Shown in pieces: positions 1 through 8,298 of a stretch of 32,000 bases of DNA (positions are counted from its first letter, which is position 1; each line of letters starts with the position of its first letter). This stretch comes from an uncultured Opitutales bacterium. Its GTDB lineage: Bacteria; Verrucomicrobiota; Verrucomicrobiia; Opitutales; Intestinicryptomonadaceae. The translations under genes and the position numbers were made by a program. Under the pieces are notes generated by a model. The model was not told the origin of the DNA. It saw only the letters and a program-made list of their open reading frames with translations, and searched no databases. The stretch is from the NCBI GenBank assembly GCA_900548185.1, contig URJJ01000012.1, forward strand, positions 21,469-53,468, written 5' to 3'.

Positions 1-1
1 T

Positions 2-88
2 TCTGCGCTCGACTATTTGCGCAACGCCTACCGACTGGCCCCGAGGCGCCCGAATCCGCCGCAGGTGTTTGTGGAGCGCGTGGCCTAA
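2..88 (+). CDS. 3' end of an unidentified gene entering from the left edge (28 codons plus TAA)
   Basis: The frame is open from position 2 with mostly G/C third positions (...SALDYLRNAYRLAPRRPNPPQVFVERVA*) and stops at TAA 86-88. An intrinsic terminator lies 41 nt downstream. The fragment is too short to identify. Confidence 0.3.
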   Translation, partial: SALDYLRNAYRLAPRRPNPPQVFVERVA

Positions 89-128
89 ATTCCGCGCAAA
101 CGGGGCCCGCACGGCGGGCGCAAATGAG

Positions 129-159
129 TCCGCGGCTGCATTCCGGCTGCGGATTTTTT
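129..159 (+). terminator. Rho-independent terminator after the truncated upstream gene
   Basis: An 8-bp stem pairs TCCGCGGC (129-136) with GCTGCGGA (146-153), including one G-U pair. The loop is 9 nt and a T6 run follows (154-159). Confidence 0.6.
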
Positions 160-669
160 GCGCCCCCGGCTGGCGAATCGGCACGGTCGCCGCCGCCAAA
201 AACCGATGCGGGGCGGAATGTTGCAGGCCGGGGGCAAAACATGCGCGGCGGAAGGCTCCAAATCCCATTGCGCAATTTTTCAGATGCGCAAGGTTCATTC
301 CGGAATCCGCCCGGCGCATCATGCGCATGTCGGAACGCCATGCCGCCCGATGCCGCAAGGCGCCAGATTCGGGGCATTGCAAGACCGGTTTGGGCGAAGC
401 GCCTCAGAGCCTGCCCGAGTGCGCCTGCTTTTGCCAAAATATGGAAATTCCGGGCGTTTTGAGCTTCCGAGATTGGGTCGGGAAGCCGACTAGACGGGTT
501 TTAGCTCTCCGCCCAGAATTTCGCCCCCCCCTACCCGTTTTCCGTTCCCCTATCTGTGTCAGAGCCAAAATTTATTCTAAAACCCGCAATTTCCCGCTGT
601 GTCTCTGCCTGGCTCCAAAAAAACTCCGCCGTCCCTGCCATCGCCCGCGCCCCAAGCGTCTTTATAAAG

Positions 670-698
670 TTGACGGAGCCGGGCGCATCCCCGATTAT
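670..698 (+). promoter_or_regulatory. Candidate sigma70-type promoter for the GH92 gene
   Basis: TTGACG (670-675), a 17-nt spacer, then GATTAT (693-698), about 22 nt upstream of ATG 720. This is hexamer matching only. Confidence 0.3.
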
Positions 699-719
699 TG
701 CCGCAAAACCAATCGCCGA

Positions 720-2954
720 ATGACACGCAGGTTCTTCCTTTTATTTTTTGCGCTTTCAACCCTCCACCATGCCGCATCCGCGCGGCCTGAAAGCTCCGCA
801 GCATCCCCGTCGGACTACGTGGACCCCTGGATAGGGTCGCAGGGGCCGGGGCACGTGTTCATAGGCCCCGCCCTCCCGTTCGGCATGATAAAGCCTGCCC
901 CCGACACAGGCAAAAACAACACAAATTCCGGCTGGAGCCCGAACGGGGTCATAAACGGCTTCAGCCAAACCCACGTCAGCGGCACAGGCGGGGGCGCGAA
1001 ATACGGCAACATCCTCATCATGCCGACAACCGGAGAATTTCAGCTTTCCGGCATCGGTTCGGAGCGCGGGGACGAAACGTCAAAGCTATGCTATTACAGC
1101 GTGCTTCTCAAACGCTACAACGTGAAGGCCGAAATCACCACAGCCTCGCGCGCCTCAATCTACCGCTTCACTTATCCTGCCGGAGAAACCGCGCGCCTAA
1201 TCTTCGACCCGAACCACTTCCTGTATTTCAATATCGCAGGCGAAGGCCAGCGCTTTGCCGGCTCTTCGGTCAGGGTCCTCTCGCCCACGGAGGTTGCGGG
1301 ACAGGCGAGCGTCACGGGCGGCTGGAACCTCCAGCCGGTGCCCTATACGGTCTATTTCTACGCAGTAAGCGACACCCCGGCGGCGTCGCGCGGCACGAGG
1401 GCCGTCGAAAACGCCTCAGCGCAGGCAGGGAAAGCCCCTGCGGACGGCCCGGAGCGCACCGTTGCGTGGCTCGAATTCAGGGGGAAGGAGGCGCGCACCG
1501 TGCGGGTCAAAGTCGGAATCTCGTTTGTAAGCGTCGAACAGGCCAGGGCAAACGTCCGAGAAATAGACAGATTCGACTTTGACGGCACCCGCGAAAAGGG
1601 GGTCGCAATCTGGAACGATGCCCTCGGGAAAATCCGGGTCGAAGGCGGTACCGAAGAGCAAAAGAGGGTTTTTTACACCTGCATGTACCACTCCATGCTC
1701 ATGCCCTCCGACAGGACCGGGGAGAACCCCCTCTGGAAGTCCAAAGAGCCGTACTACGACGACTTCTACGCGATTTGGGACACCTTCCGCACCACGGGCC
1801 CCCTTCTCACCCTCATCGCCCCCCGCAGGCAGGCCGACACCATCCGGGCCCTGATAGACATCCAAAAGCACGAGGGGTTCCTGCCGGACGGGCGCAGCGG
1901 CAATTACAACGGAAGGGTCCAGGGCGGCAGCAACGCCGACGTATTCATAGCCGACGCCTATGTCAAAAAGCTGCCCGGCATAAACTGGAAGGACGCCTAT
2001 GCGGCGGTCAAGACAAACGCGGAAGTGCCGCCCGAAGACCACTTCAAGGAAGGCCGTGGAGGTCTGGAAGACTGGCGCAACCTGGGGTATCTTACAATGG
2101 AAGGCGTGGACCGCTCGCCCGGCAAGCACATGGAGTATGCCTACAACGATTTCTGCATAGCCCAGATTGCAGCGGGAATGGGCCTCAAAAAGGACGCCGA
2201 ACTCTACTTCGGGCGCTCCGGCCAATGGGCGAACCTGTGGGATGAAAGCGTGGAAGACGGCGGCGTCAGGGGATTTATACGCACGAGGCACCGCGACGGG
2301 AGGTGGATGGAGCCGTTTTCGCCGCGCGACGGCTGCACATGGAAAGGGCACACATTCTACGAGGGAAACTCCTGGACGTACTCCTTCTTCGTCCCGCACG
2401 ACGTCGCCTCCCTGATAGAAAAATGCGGCGGAAACGAGACCTTCGTAAAGAGGCTGGACGCATTTTTCGACGTCCGTGGCCGGTGCGACATCACAAACGA
2501 GCCGTTCTTCCTTACGCCCTACATGTACATCTGGGCGGGCCGCCACGACAAGACCGCCGAACGCCTCCCCGCCATGCTCGGCCGGTACAGGGCGGCCCCC
2601 AACGGCCTGCCCGGCAACGACGATTCCGGCGCCCTGGGCGCATGGTACGTGTTCGGCGCCATGGGATTTTTCCCGAATGCGGGGCAGGACTACTACCTGA
2701 TAGGCTCGCCCGTATTTTCAAAGTCTTCCATATCCCTCGCAAACGGCAGGACGTTTTCGATAAGGGCTGAAAATCCGGGCGGGAAAAACATCTATGTGGC
2801 ATCCGCGACGCTAAACGGCAAAAAATTCGACCGGGCATGGATTAGCCACAGCCAGATAATGGAGGGCGGCGAGCTGGTTTTAAAAATGTCGGACACCCCC
2901 GGGGCATGGGGAAGAGACAATCCCCCGCCATCGCCTTTGAGCGCCATGAAATAG
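720..2954 (+). CDS. Secreted glycoside hydrolase family 92 (alpha-mannosidase-like), 744 aa
   Basis: This lies in the ORF-track frame 69..2954, but the first 217 codons (TTG start) are Arg/Cys/Pro-rich and non-protein-like. ATG 720 opens a signal peptide (MTRRFFLLFFALSTLHHAASA). GH92 motifs recalled from the family are present: DPWIGS..GHVFIGPALPFGMIKPAPDT, GFSQTHVSGTGG and GNDDSGALGAWYVFGAMGFFP. Confidence 0.88.
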   Translation: MTRRFFLLFFALSTLHHAASARPESSAASPSDYVDPWIGSQGPGHVFIGPALPFGMIKPAPDTGKNNTNSGWSPNGVINGFSQTHVSGTGGGAKYGNILIMPTTGEFQLSGIGSERGDETSKLCYYSVLLKRYNVKAEITTASRASIYRFTYPAGETARLIFDPNHFLYFNIAGEGQRFAGSSVRVLSPTEVAGQASVTGGWNLQPVPYTVYFYAVSDTPAASRGTRAVENASAQAGKAPADGPERTVAWLEFRGKEARTVRVKVGISFVSVEQARANVREIDRFDFDGTREKGVAIWNDALGKIRVEGGTEEQKRVFYTCMYHSMLMPSDRTGENPLWKSKEPYYDDFYAIWDTFRTTGPLLTLIAPRRQADTIRALIDIQKHEGFLPDGRSGNYNGRVQGGSNADVFIADAYVKKLPGINWKDAYAAVKTNAEVPPEDHFKEGRGGLEDWRNLGYLTMEGVDRSPGKHMEYAYNDFCIAQIAAGMGLKKDAELYFGRSGQWANLWDESVEDGGVRGFIRTRHRDGRWMEPFSPRDGCTWKGHTFYEGNSWTYSFFVPHDVASLIEKCGGNETFVKRLDAFFDVRGRCDITNEPFFLTPYMYIWAGRHDKTAERLPAMLGRYRAAPNGLPGNDDSGALGAWYVFGAMGFFPNAGQDYYLIGSPVFSKSSISLANGRTFSIRAENPGGKNIYVASATLNGKKFDRAWISHSQIMEGGELVLKMSDTPGAWGRDNPPPSPLSAMK

Positions 2955-3231
2955 CCAGAAGGCGGCGCGGCATCCCGCGCGGGCCCCGGCCCGGACGAGG
3001 CGGCAGCCCGATTTTTCGCGTACCCGCAAGATTTCGGAGCATGGGGACGGAAAATGGACGCGCACCGCATCGCCTGAGATTCAGATCCCCCCCCAAGACG
3101 GCTTCCAAAAGCGCAGGCTTTGCACAGAATCAGCCCTGAGCGCGCCTTTGCCCCGCCCGGGCGGCGCCATTTTAAGCGCGCGGCGGAAGAAAGCCCCGCC
3201 TTCGCAAAAAATCTGAAACCATGTTTTTTTA

Positions 3232-3260
3232 TTGAATGCGCCCGAAAACAATCCTAATTT
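3232..3260 (+). promoter_or_regulatory. Candidate sigma70-type promoter for the GH2 gene
   Basis: TTGAAT (3232-3237), a 17-nt spacer, then TAATTT (3255-3260), preceded by a T7 run and about 25 nt upstream of ATG 3285. Confidence 0.3.
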
Positions 3261-3284
3261 TCCGGACTTCAACAATCTCATTTT

Positions 3285-6200
3285 ATGTCAATCAAAATAT
3301 GTGATGGAAAATCCGGCGCCGGGAGGGGGCCGGGGATAATCGGGAGGGGCGCGAGGCTGCTTGCCCTCATAGCCGCTTCCGCCTGCGCGTCATCCTACGC
3401 GCAGAATGCGAACACGATTGAGGTGTCCGGCAACTGGCAGATGCAGGACGCCGAAGTCGTAAAGGCGGAGGCTCTGAAGCAGGGCTGGTACAGGGAAAGC
3501 TCCGCAAAGCAGCCCGAAGAGGGCCGGGAGATTTCAAAGGTGTCGTTCGAGCCGAAAGGCTGGTACAAGGCGACGGTGCCCGGAACAGTCCTCACCACCC
3601 TCGTAAATAACAACGTCTATCCCGAGCCGCTCTACGACGAAAACAACCGCCCCGAAAAGATTCCCGAAGACCTGTGCCGGAAGGACTGGTGGTACCGCGC
3701 CACGGTCAATATCCCGGAGGATTTCAAGGACAAAATCGTATGGCTCAACTTTAACGGCATAAATTACAGCGCCGAAGTCTGGGTGAACGGCAAGAGGGTC
3801 GGCCCCATACACGGGGCCTTCATCAGGGGCATTTTCGACATCACAAAATACGACGTAAAGCCCGGCAAGGAAACCGCGATAGCCGTGAGAATCTCCCCGC
3901 AGCCCACAAAGGGCATACCCTCGGAGCACACGATGGGAACCACGGGCGGCCCCTGCGGCGGCGAAGGAAGGCTGGACGGCCCGACCTTCGGCTGCTCCGT
4001 CGGCTGGGACTGGCAGTCGGGCATACGCGACAGAAACAGCGGAATATGGCAGAACGTAACGATTTCCGCTACGGGACCTGCAATAATAAAAGACCCCTAC
4101 GTCACAACCGACCTTCCCAATCTTCCCAAGACGGATATCGCAACCGTGTCTGTGGAAGTCCCCGTCCAGAACGTAACCGACAAGCCCGTAAAGGGGACTG
4201 TAAAAGGCTCTTTTGGGAATGTGAAGTTTGAAAAGAAAATAGACATTGCCCCGTGGCACACCGCCACGGTGAAGTTCACCCCGGAGGAGTATCCGCAGCT
4301 TAAGCTCGAAAACCCGAAGCTCTGGTGGCCCAACGGCCTCGGCGAGCCAAACCTGTACAGGCTGAGCCTTTCCTTTGAGGACGAAAAGGCCGTTTCCGAC
4401 ACCCGCGAGCTCAATTTCGGCATAAGGAAGTTTGAGTATTTCGAGCCCGGCAACCCGAATTTTGCACTGTCTGTAAACGGCGTCAGGGTGTTTATGAAAG
4501 GCGGCAACTGGGGCATGGAGGAAGCCCTGAAGCGCATCGACAGGGAGCGCCTGGAAACCCAGGTCCGCATGCACCGCGACCTGAACTTCAATATGATACG
4601 CAACTGGGGCGGACAAAGCACAAGCGACCTTCTCTTTGAGCTCTGCGACAAGTACGGCATCATGCTCTGGGACGAGTTCTTCCAGTTCAACAACGCCGAC
4701 CCCGTCGACACCGCCCTCTACATGGCAAACGTCCGCGACAAGGTGCTGCGCTACCGCAACCACCCGAGCGTGGTCCTGTGGTGCAGCCGCAACGAGGCCA
4801 CGCCCACGAAGTACCTCGACGACGCGGTGAGGTACATGCTGGTTGAGACCGACCCCTCCCGCCACTACCAGTCGAATTCGGGCGGCGGCTACGGCTTCAA
4901 CTCGGGCGGCCCATACGACTGGACCCCTCCGGTGAGGCTTCAGAGATACTTCGAGGACCCGCGTTTCAACAAGCGCGAAACCTTTAAGACCGAAATCGGC
5001 GGCTTCTCCGTCCCAACCCTCGAATCCATCCAGGGGATGTTCCCGAAGTCGGAATGGGACGGCATAACCGACTCCTGGGCCGAACACAACTTCTGCGCGG
5101 GCGGCGGGCGCAAATACCCGCGCTACGCCGAAACCCGCTACGGCAAGCTGAAAAATCTGGCCGACTTCGTCCGCAAGGCGCAGATGATGAACTACGAAAT
5201 GCACAGAGCCCTCTACGAAGGAAGGCTAGGCAGGATGTTCGATCCGGCCCAGGGCGTGCTCTACTGGATGAGCATCCCCTCACAGCCGAGCTTCGTATGG
5301 CAACTGATACAGTACGACCTTGAGCCGAACGCGTCGTTCTTCGGCGTGAAGAAGGCATGCGAGCCCGTGCACATCTTCTTCAGCGAAACCGACAAGGGGA
5401 TTGTCCAGGCCGTAAACCACAACCCCGCGGCACTCCAGAACGCGAGGGGCAGGCTGACTGTTTACAACTTCGACGGCACAGTGGCGGCGCGCAAAGACTA
5501 CAAGGTTGACATCCCCGCAGTTTCGGCGGCGACCCTCGGCAAAATCGAGTGGCCCGAGAACCTCTCCAGGATACACTTCGTAAAGCTGGAGCTGGAGGAT
5601 TCAAAGGGCAGGCTCCTCTCCGACAACTTCTACTGGCGCAGCCTCTCCGCAAGCCCCGAGGATGTCAAGACTCTGAGCGACGACAACAAGCTTGTGGCCC
5701 TCGAAGACTTCAAAGACCTGGAAAACCTCCCGAAGGTCCTTTTGAAGTCCTCCGCAAAAGTCCGCAGCGACAAAAACAGCGTCCACATCGACGTGACGCT
5801 GGCAAACGACACGCCGAACGTCGCCCTCATGGCCCACCTGCAAGTCCAGGGCAGGAACTCCAAAAAGCGCATACTGCCGGTGTCTTACAGCGACAACTAC
5901 GTCTCGCTCGCCCCCAAGGATTCAAAGACAATCACGGTATCCATCCCGAAATCCGCCCTCAAAAACGACAAGCCCGTCGTCATGGTCGACGGCTGGAACG
6001 TCGGGGTGAAGGATTCCCAGTACATAGCAAACAACAAGAACGCCGACCCCGCAAACTGGGGCGACGCTGGCTTTACATTCAAGCCCCGCGAAATCGTGCG
6101 CAAGCCGGCCGTCCGCATAAACTGCGGCGGATACAACAGGGGCGAGTTTGAAAAGGACCCGGGCTTTCTGGAAGCCCCCGTGGGATTCCAGACCGAAAAC

Positions 6201-6581
6201 GTGGACCTCACGGGCGTCAAGAACCCCGGGCATCCCGATATGTACAGGACCGTGCGCTGGAGCAACAGCACCTACACCGCATATCTGAGCGGAAAGCCCG
6301 GGCAGAAGTACACGGTGCGCCTGCACTTCGCCGAATCAAGCAGGGACAAGACCGCCGGCAAGCGCGAATTCGACGTCAAGGCAAACGGCGAATATATCCT
6401 GAAAGATTACGACGTGGCCAGGGAGGCCGGCGGCGTCAACAAGGCGGTTGTGGCCGAAATCAGGGACGTGAAAAGCGACGGCGACAGCAAAATCGTCCTC
6501 GAATTTGTCGGCGGCAAAAAGCGCGCCAATGAGAGCCGCGACCCGCAGGTCTGCGGAATCGAGGTCATCCCGCAAAAATAG
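3285..6581 (+). CDS. Secreted GH2-family glycoside hydrolase (beta-mannosidase / exo-beta-glucosaminidase-like) with a C-terminal malectin/CBM57-like module, 1098 aa
   Basis: The start is ATG 3285 and the N-terminus has a signal-like hydrophobic segment (LLALIAASACASSYA). GH2 N-terminal sugar-binding pattern is present (WYRATVNIPEDF..VWLNFNGINYSAEVWVNGKRVG). TIM-barrel motifs are NMIRNWGGQ, an acid/base-like WCSRNEA and a nucleophile-like FKTEIGG. The last ~155 aa (nt ~6111-6575: INCGG..YRTVRW..VRLHFAE..FDV.ANG) resemble a malectin carbohydrate-binding domain. Confidence 0.85.
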   Translation: MSIKICDGKSGAGRGPGIIGRGARLLALIAASACASSYAQNANTIEVSGNWQMQDAEVVKAEALKQGWYRESSAKQPEEGREISKVSFEPKGWYKATVPGTVLTTLVNNNVYPEPLYDENNRPEKIPEDLCRKDWWYRATVNIPEDFKDKIVWLNFNGINYSAEVWVNGKRVGPIHGAFIRGIFDITKYDVKPGKETAIAVRISPQPTKGIPSEHTMGTTGGPCGGEGRLDGPTFGCSVGWDWQSGIRDRNSGIWQNVTISATGPAIIKDPYVTTDLPNLPKTDIATVSVEVPVQNVTDKPVKGTVKGSFGNVKFEKKIDIAPWHTATVKFTPEEYPQLKLENPKLWWPNGLGEPNLYRLSLSFEDEKAVSDTRELNFGIRKFEYFEPGNPNFALSVNGVRVFMKGGNWGMEEALKRIDRERLETQVRMHRDLNFNMIRNWGGQSTSDLLFELCDKYGIMLWDEFFQFNNADPVDTALYMANVRDKVLRYRNHPSVVLWCSRNEATPTKYLDDAVRYMLVETDPSRHYQSNSGGGYGFNSGGPYDWTPPVRLQRYFEDPRFNKRETFKTEIGGFSVPTLESIQGMFPKSEWDGITDSWAEHNFCAGGGRKYPRYAETRYGKLKNLADFVRKAQMMNYEMHRALYEGRLGRMFDPAQGVLYWMSIPSQPSFVWQLIQYDLEPNASFFGVKKACEPVHIFFSETDKGIVQAVNHNPAALQNARGRLTVYNFDGTVAARKDYKVDIPAVSAATLGKIEWPENLSRIHFVKLELEDSKGRLLSDNFYWRSLSASPEDVKTLSDDNKLVALEDFKDLENLPKVLLKSSAKVRSDKNSVHIDVTLANDTPNVALMAHLQVQGRNSKKRILPVSYSDNYVSLAPKDSKTITVSIPKSALKNDKPVVMVDGWNVGVKDSQYIANNKNADPANWGDAGFTFKPREIVRKPAVRINCGGYNRGEFEKDPGFLEAPVGFQTENVDLTGVKNPGHPDMYRTVRWSNSTYTAYLSGKPGQKYTVRLHFAESSRDKTAGKREFDVKANGEYILKDYDVAREAGGVNKAVVAEIRDVKSDGDSKIVLEFVGGKKRANESRDPQVCGIEVIPQK

Positions 6582-6610
6582 GCCCCGAAAAAATCAGGCG
6601 AGACATTCAG

Positions 6611-6639
6611 GCGGCGCACAAGAGTGCGCCGTTTTTTTT
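6611..6639 (+). terminator. Rho-independent terminator of the GH2 gene
   Basis: The stem pairs CGGCGCAC (6612-6619) with GTGCGCCG (6624-6631) around a 4-nt loop, followed by T8 (6632-6639). It begins 30 nt after the stop codon. Confidence 0.75.
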
Positions 6640-7180
6640 GCCTCCAACCGCCCCCACCGCCGGGCGGCAAGGCCTGGGATATGAGCCTTAAAAAAATGGA
6701 TTCACGGAAAGAACGGAGAGGGCCGGTCTGGAATCGAAAGCGGAATTTTTGCGAAATCCGTTTGCGGCAAGGGCAGATTTCCCCCGACCACAAGGCGGCA
6801 TCGGTTTTTTCGCTCCCCTTTAGCCATTCAAACCCGCGCAGTTTAAACGGGAGATTTCGGGATTAAAAAATGCGCCGGAATTTGATTCGGCCGAGGAGAT
6901 TTTAGGCGGGAGGGTTTCAGCCCTCCCGCAAGCGCGGCAAGATTCGGAAAAATTCTGCAATATACCGCATTTTGCCTGAACCCGCCCCGCAAAAGCGCGC
7001 AAAACCGACTGCAAACCCGCCTCTCAAAAAAAATGCAAGTTTAAAAGCAGGCTACACTTATAAAACACGCAAACCCGCAGCCGCTGAACCCCCAAAAAAA
7101 TTTTTCCCAAATTTTTGAACATCGCCTCCCCGGAGGAGTCTCAATTATCGGACGGATTGTCCAGTTTGTAGTTTGTGTTG

Positions 7181-7213
7181 AGCGTGCCGGAGCATTCCGG
7201 CGCGCTTTTTTTT
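7181..7213 (+). terminator. Strong orphan rho-independent terminator in an ORF-free region
   Basis: An 11-bp stem pairs AGCGTGCCGGA (7181-7191) with TCCGGCGCGCT (7196-7206), including one G-U pair, around a GCAT loop. The T run spans 7206-7213. No protein-coding gene ends upstream of it. Confidence 0.7.
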
Positions 7214-7993
7214 CATTTCAATCCGCCACCAAGCGGGAGGAGCAAACGCCCGGCTCCATATGCGCAAGCGTAAGAGCCTTGCATACAATTTCTTAAAAAC
7301 CAATAATATTTCTAAAAGCCATCCCCTCACACGGGTTTCCATAAGCCGTACCTGCCGGGCGGCATGGAAAATCTGCCGGCCAAGAAACCGGACGCATTCC
7401 CGGCCCTCACATATCTTTATCCCTTAAAGAATGCGACGGCGCACTGAAGCCCCCTGCATCGGGCCTTGGGCGCGCATCTAGTCCAAAAGCGCCAGGCAGG
7501 GTTTGCGCCCACCTCGCGGAAGAATAAAAAACGAACCGGAAACACGCCTGCCGCATGGAAAGGCCCGCCATGGGAATTTATTGCGGATATGCCTGTCAAG
7601 CATCCGCTTAAACCACAATTACTTCAAAGGACAAACTCCCCGCAAGCGGTTTATCGCCGATAGCGGAATCAGCTTTAAGACGGCCTTGCAACAGCGCAAA
7701 AAGGCCATGAATAGCCCTTTGCGGCCCCCCAAAAAATTTTCCCGCAAGCGGCGGCACGGAAACTACTCCCATAAGCTGGCGGATTTCGAAAAAGGCCGCC
7801 TCCACTTTCCGCAGCCCCCAGAATCAAATGCAAATATCCCAAGCGGACCGCAAGAATGCCCCGGGACTTTTCTGGATTGAAGCGGTCTTCAAAATCCCCC
7901 TCAAGAGGCCCGGGCGGTGGAATCCGCCCCACCCACTCTATGTCTGCGCGTAAAAATCGCCCGCTTAAAAAAATGTGTTAAAAATATGATTTT

Positions 7994-8021
7994 TTGCATA
8001 ATGCAATGCCATCCATATATT
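7994..8021 (+). promoter_or_regulatory. Promoter-like element and palindrome inside an AT-rich island (possible distal dcw promoter)
   Basis: TTGCAT (7994-7999), a 16-nt spacer, then TATATT (8016-8021), with an A/T-rich UP-like tract upstream (7965-7993). TTGCAT-A-ATGCAA (7994-8006) is a perfect inverted repeat. Confidence 0.3.
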
Positions 8022-8256
8022 TAAAAAATTAAAAGTGCAGCCCGGCCCGCCGTGCAGCGAAACGCCCGATTTTAATCCGCCCAGCCAGCGGAACCCCTCC
8101 CTTGCCCGGACATAGCCGCGCAGGGCCAAACATGGAGGCAAATGGAGAAATCCGTTTTTGGAAGTCACTGAAAATTGGGGACAAGGCAAAGCAGTCAAGT
8201 TTTTTGCAAGGCCCGCAAAAAAGTCGAAGAAAGTGGGGATTTTTTCCAAATATTTG

Positions 8257-8284
8257 TTGACAGTGGGGGAAAATGGGCGATTAT
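8257..8284 (+). promoter_or_regulatory. Candidate proximal mraZ/dcw promoter (Pmra-like)
   Basis: Consensus -35 TTGACA (8257-8262), a 16-nt spacer, then GATTAT (8279-8284), 34 nt upstream of the mraZ ATG. It overlaps the TGGGN repeat array. Confidence 0.45.
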
Positions 8285-8298
8285 GGTGAGAAATGGGA
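8264..8298 (+). promoter_or_regulatory. Putative MraZ operator: four direct TGGGN-type repeats at exact 10-bp spacing
   Basis: TGGGG 8264-8268, TGGGC 8274-8278, TGGTG 8284-8288 and TGGGA 8294-8298, each preceded by G or A. A further in-phase TGGGG lies at 8234-8238. E. coli MraZ is known to bind phased TGGGN direct repeats at its own promoter. Confidence 0.6.

Noticed and set aside
69-719. N-terminal 217-codon extension of the GH92 ORF (TTG start at 69), plus the overlapping ORFs 124-462 and 158-493.
   Set aside because: The translations are Arg/Cys/Pro/Ala-rich and lack protein-like character. A clean signal peptide begins at ATG 720, and an intrinsic terminator (129-159) lies inside the supposed extension. 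Stop-poor frames like this are expected in high-GC DNA.
2977-3016. Possible terminator after the GH92 gene (CGGGC...GCCCG followed by T5 at 3012-3016).
   Set aside because: The stem is only ~5 bp with a large, poorly paired loop and a short T run. That is too weak to call, so how the GH92 transcript ends remains unresolved.
524-3094. C8 homopolymer tracts at 524-531 and 3087-3094, each about 190 nt upstream of a glycoside hydrolase start codon; considered as possible slipped-strand phase-variation switches.
   Set aside because: At this base composition a few runs of 8 C or G are expected by chance in 32 kb. A G8 run also sits inside essential murC (21466-21473), and C7 runs occur in coding sequence. 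The flanks of the two tracts are not convincingly similar, and neither lies between -35 and -10 elements.
3534-5204. 556-aa ORF antisense to the GH2 gene; similar long antisense ORFs occur at 1416-2546, 14630-16615, 25342-26613, 19626-20519 and 11548-12396.
   Set aside because: These are mirror-frame artefacts of GC-rich coding sequence. Their products are Val/Arg/Gly/Ala/Pro-dominated with no motifs, and the sense-strand genes carry unambiguous family signatures.
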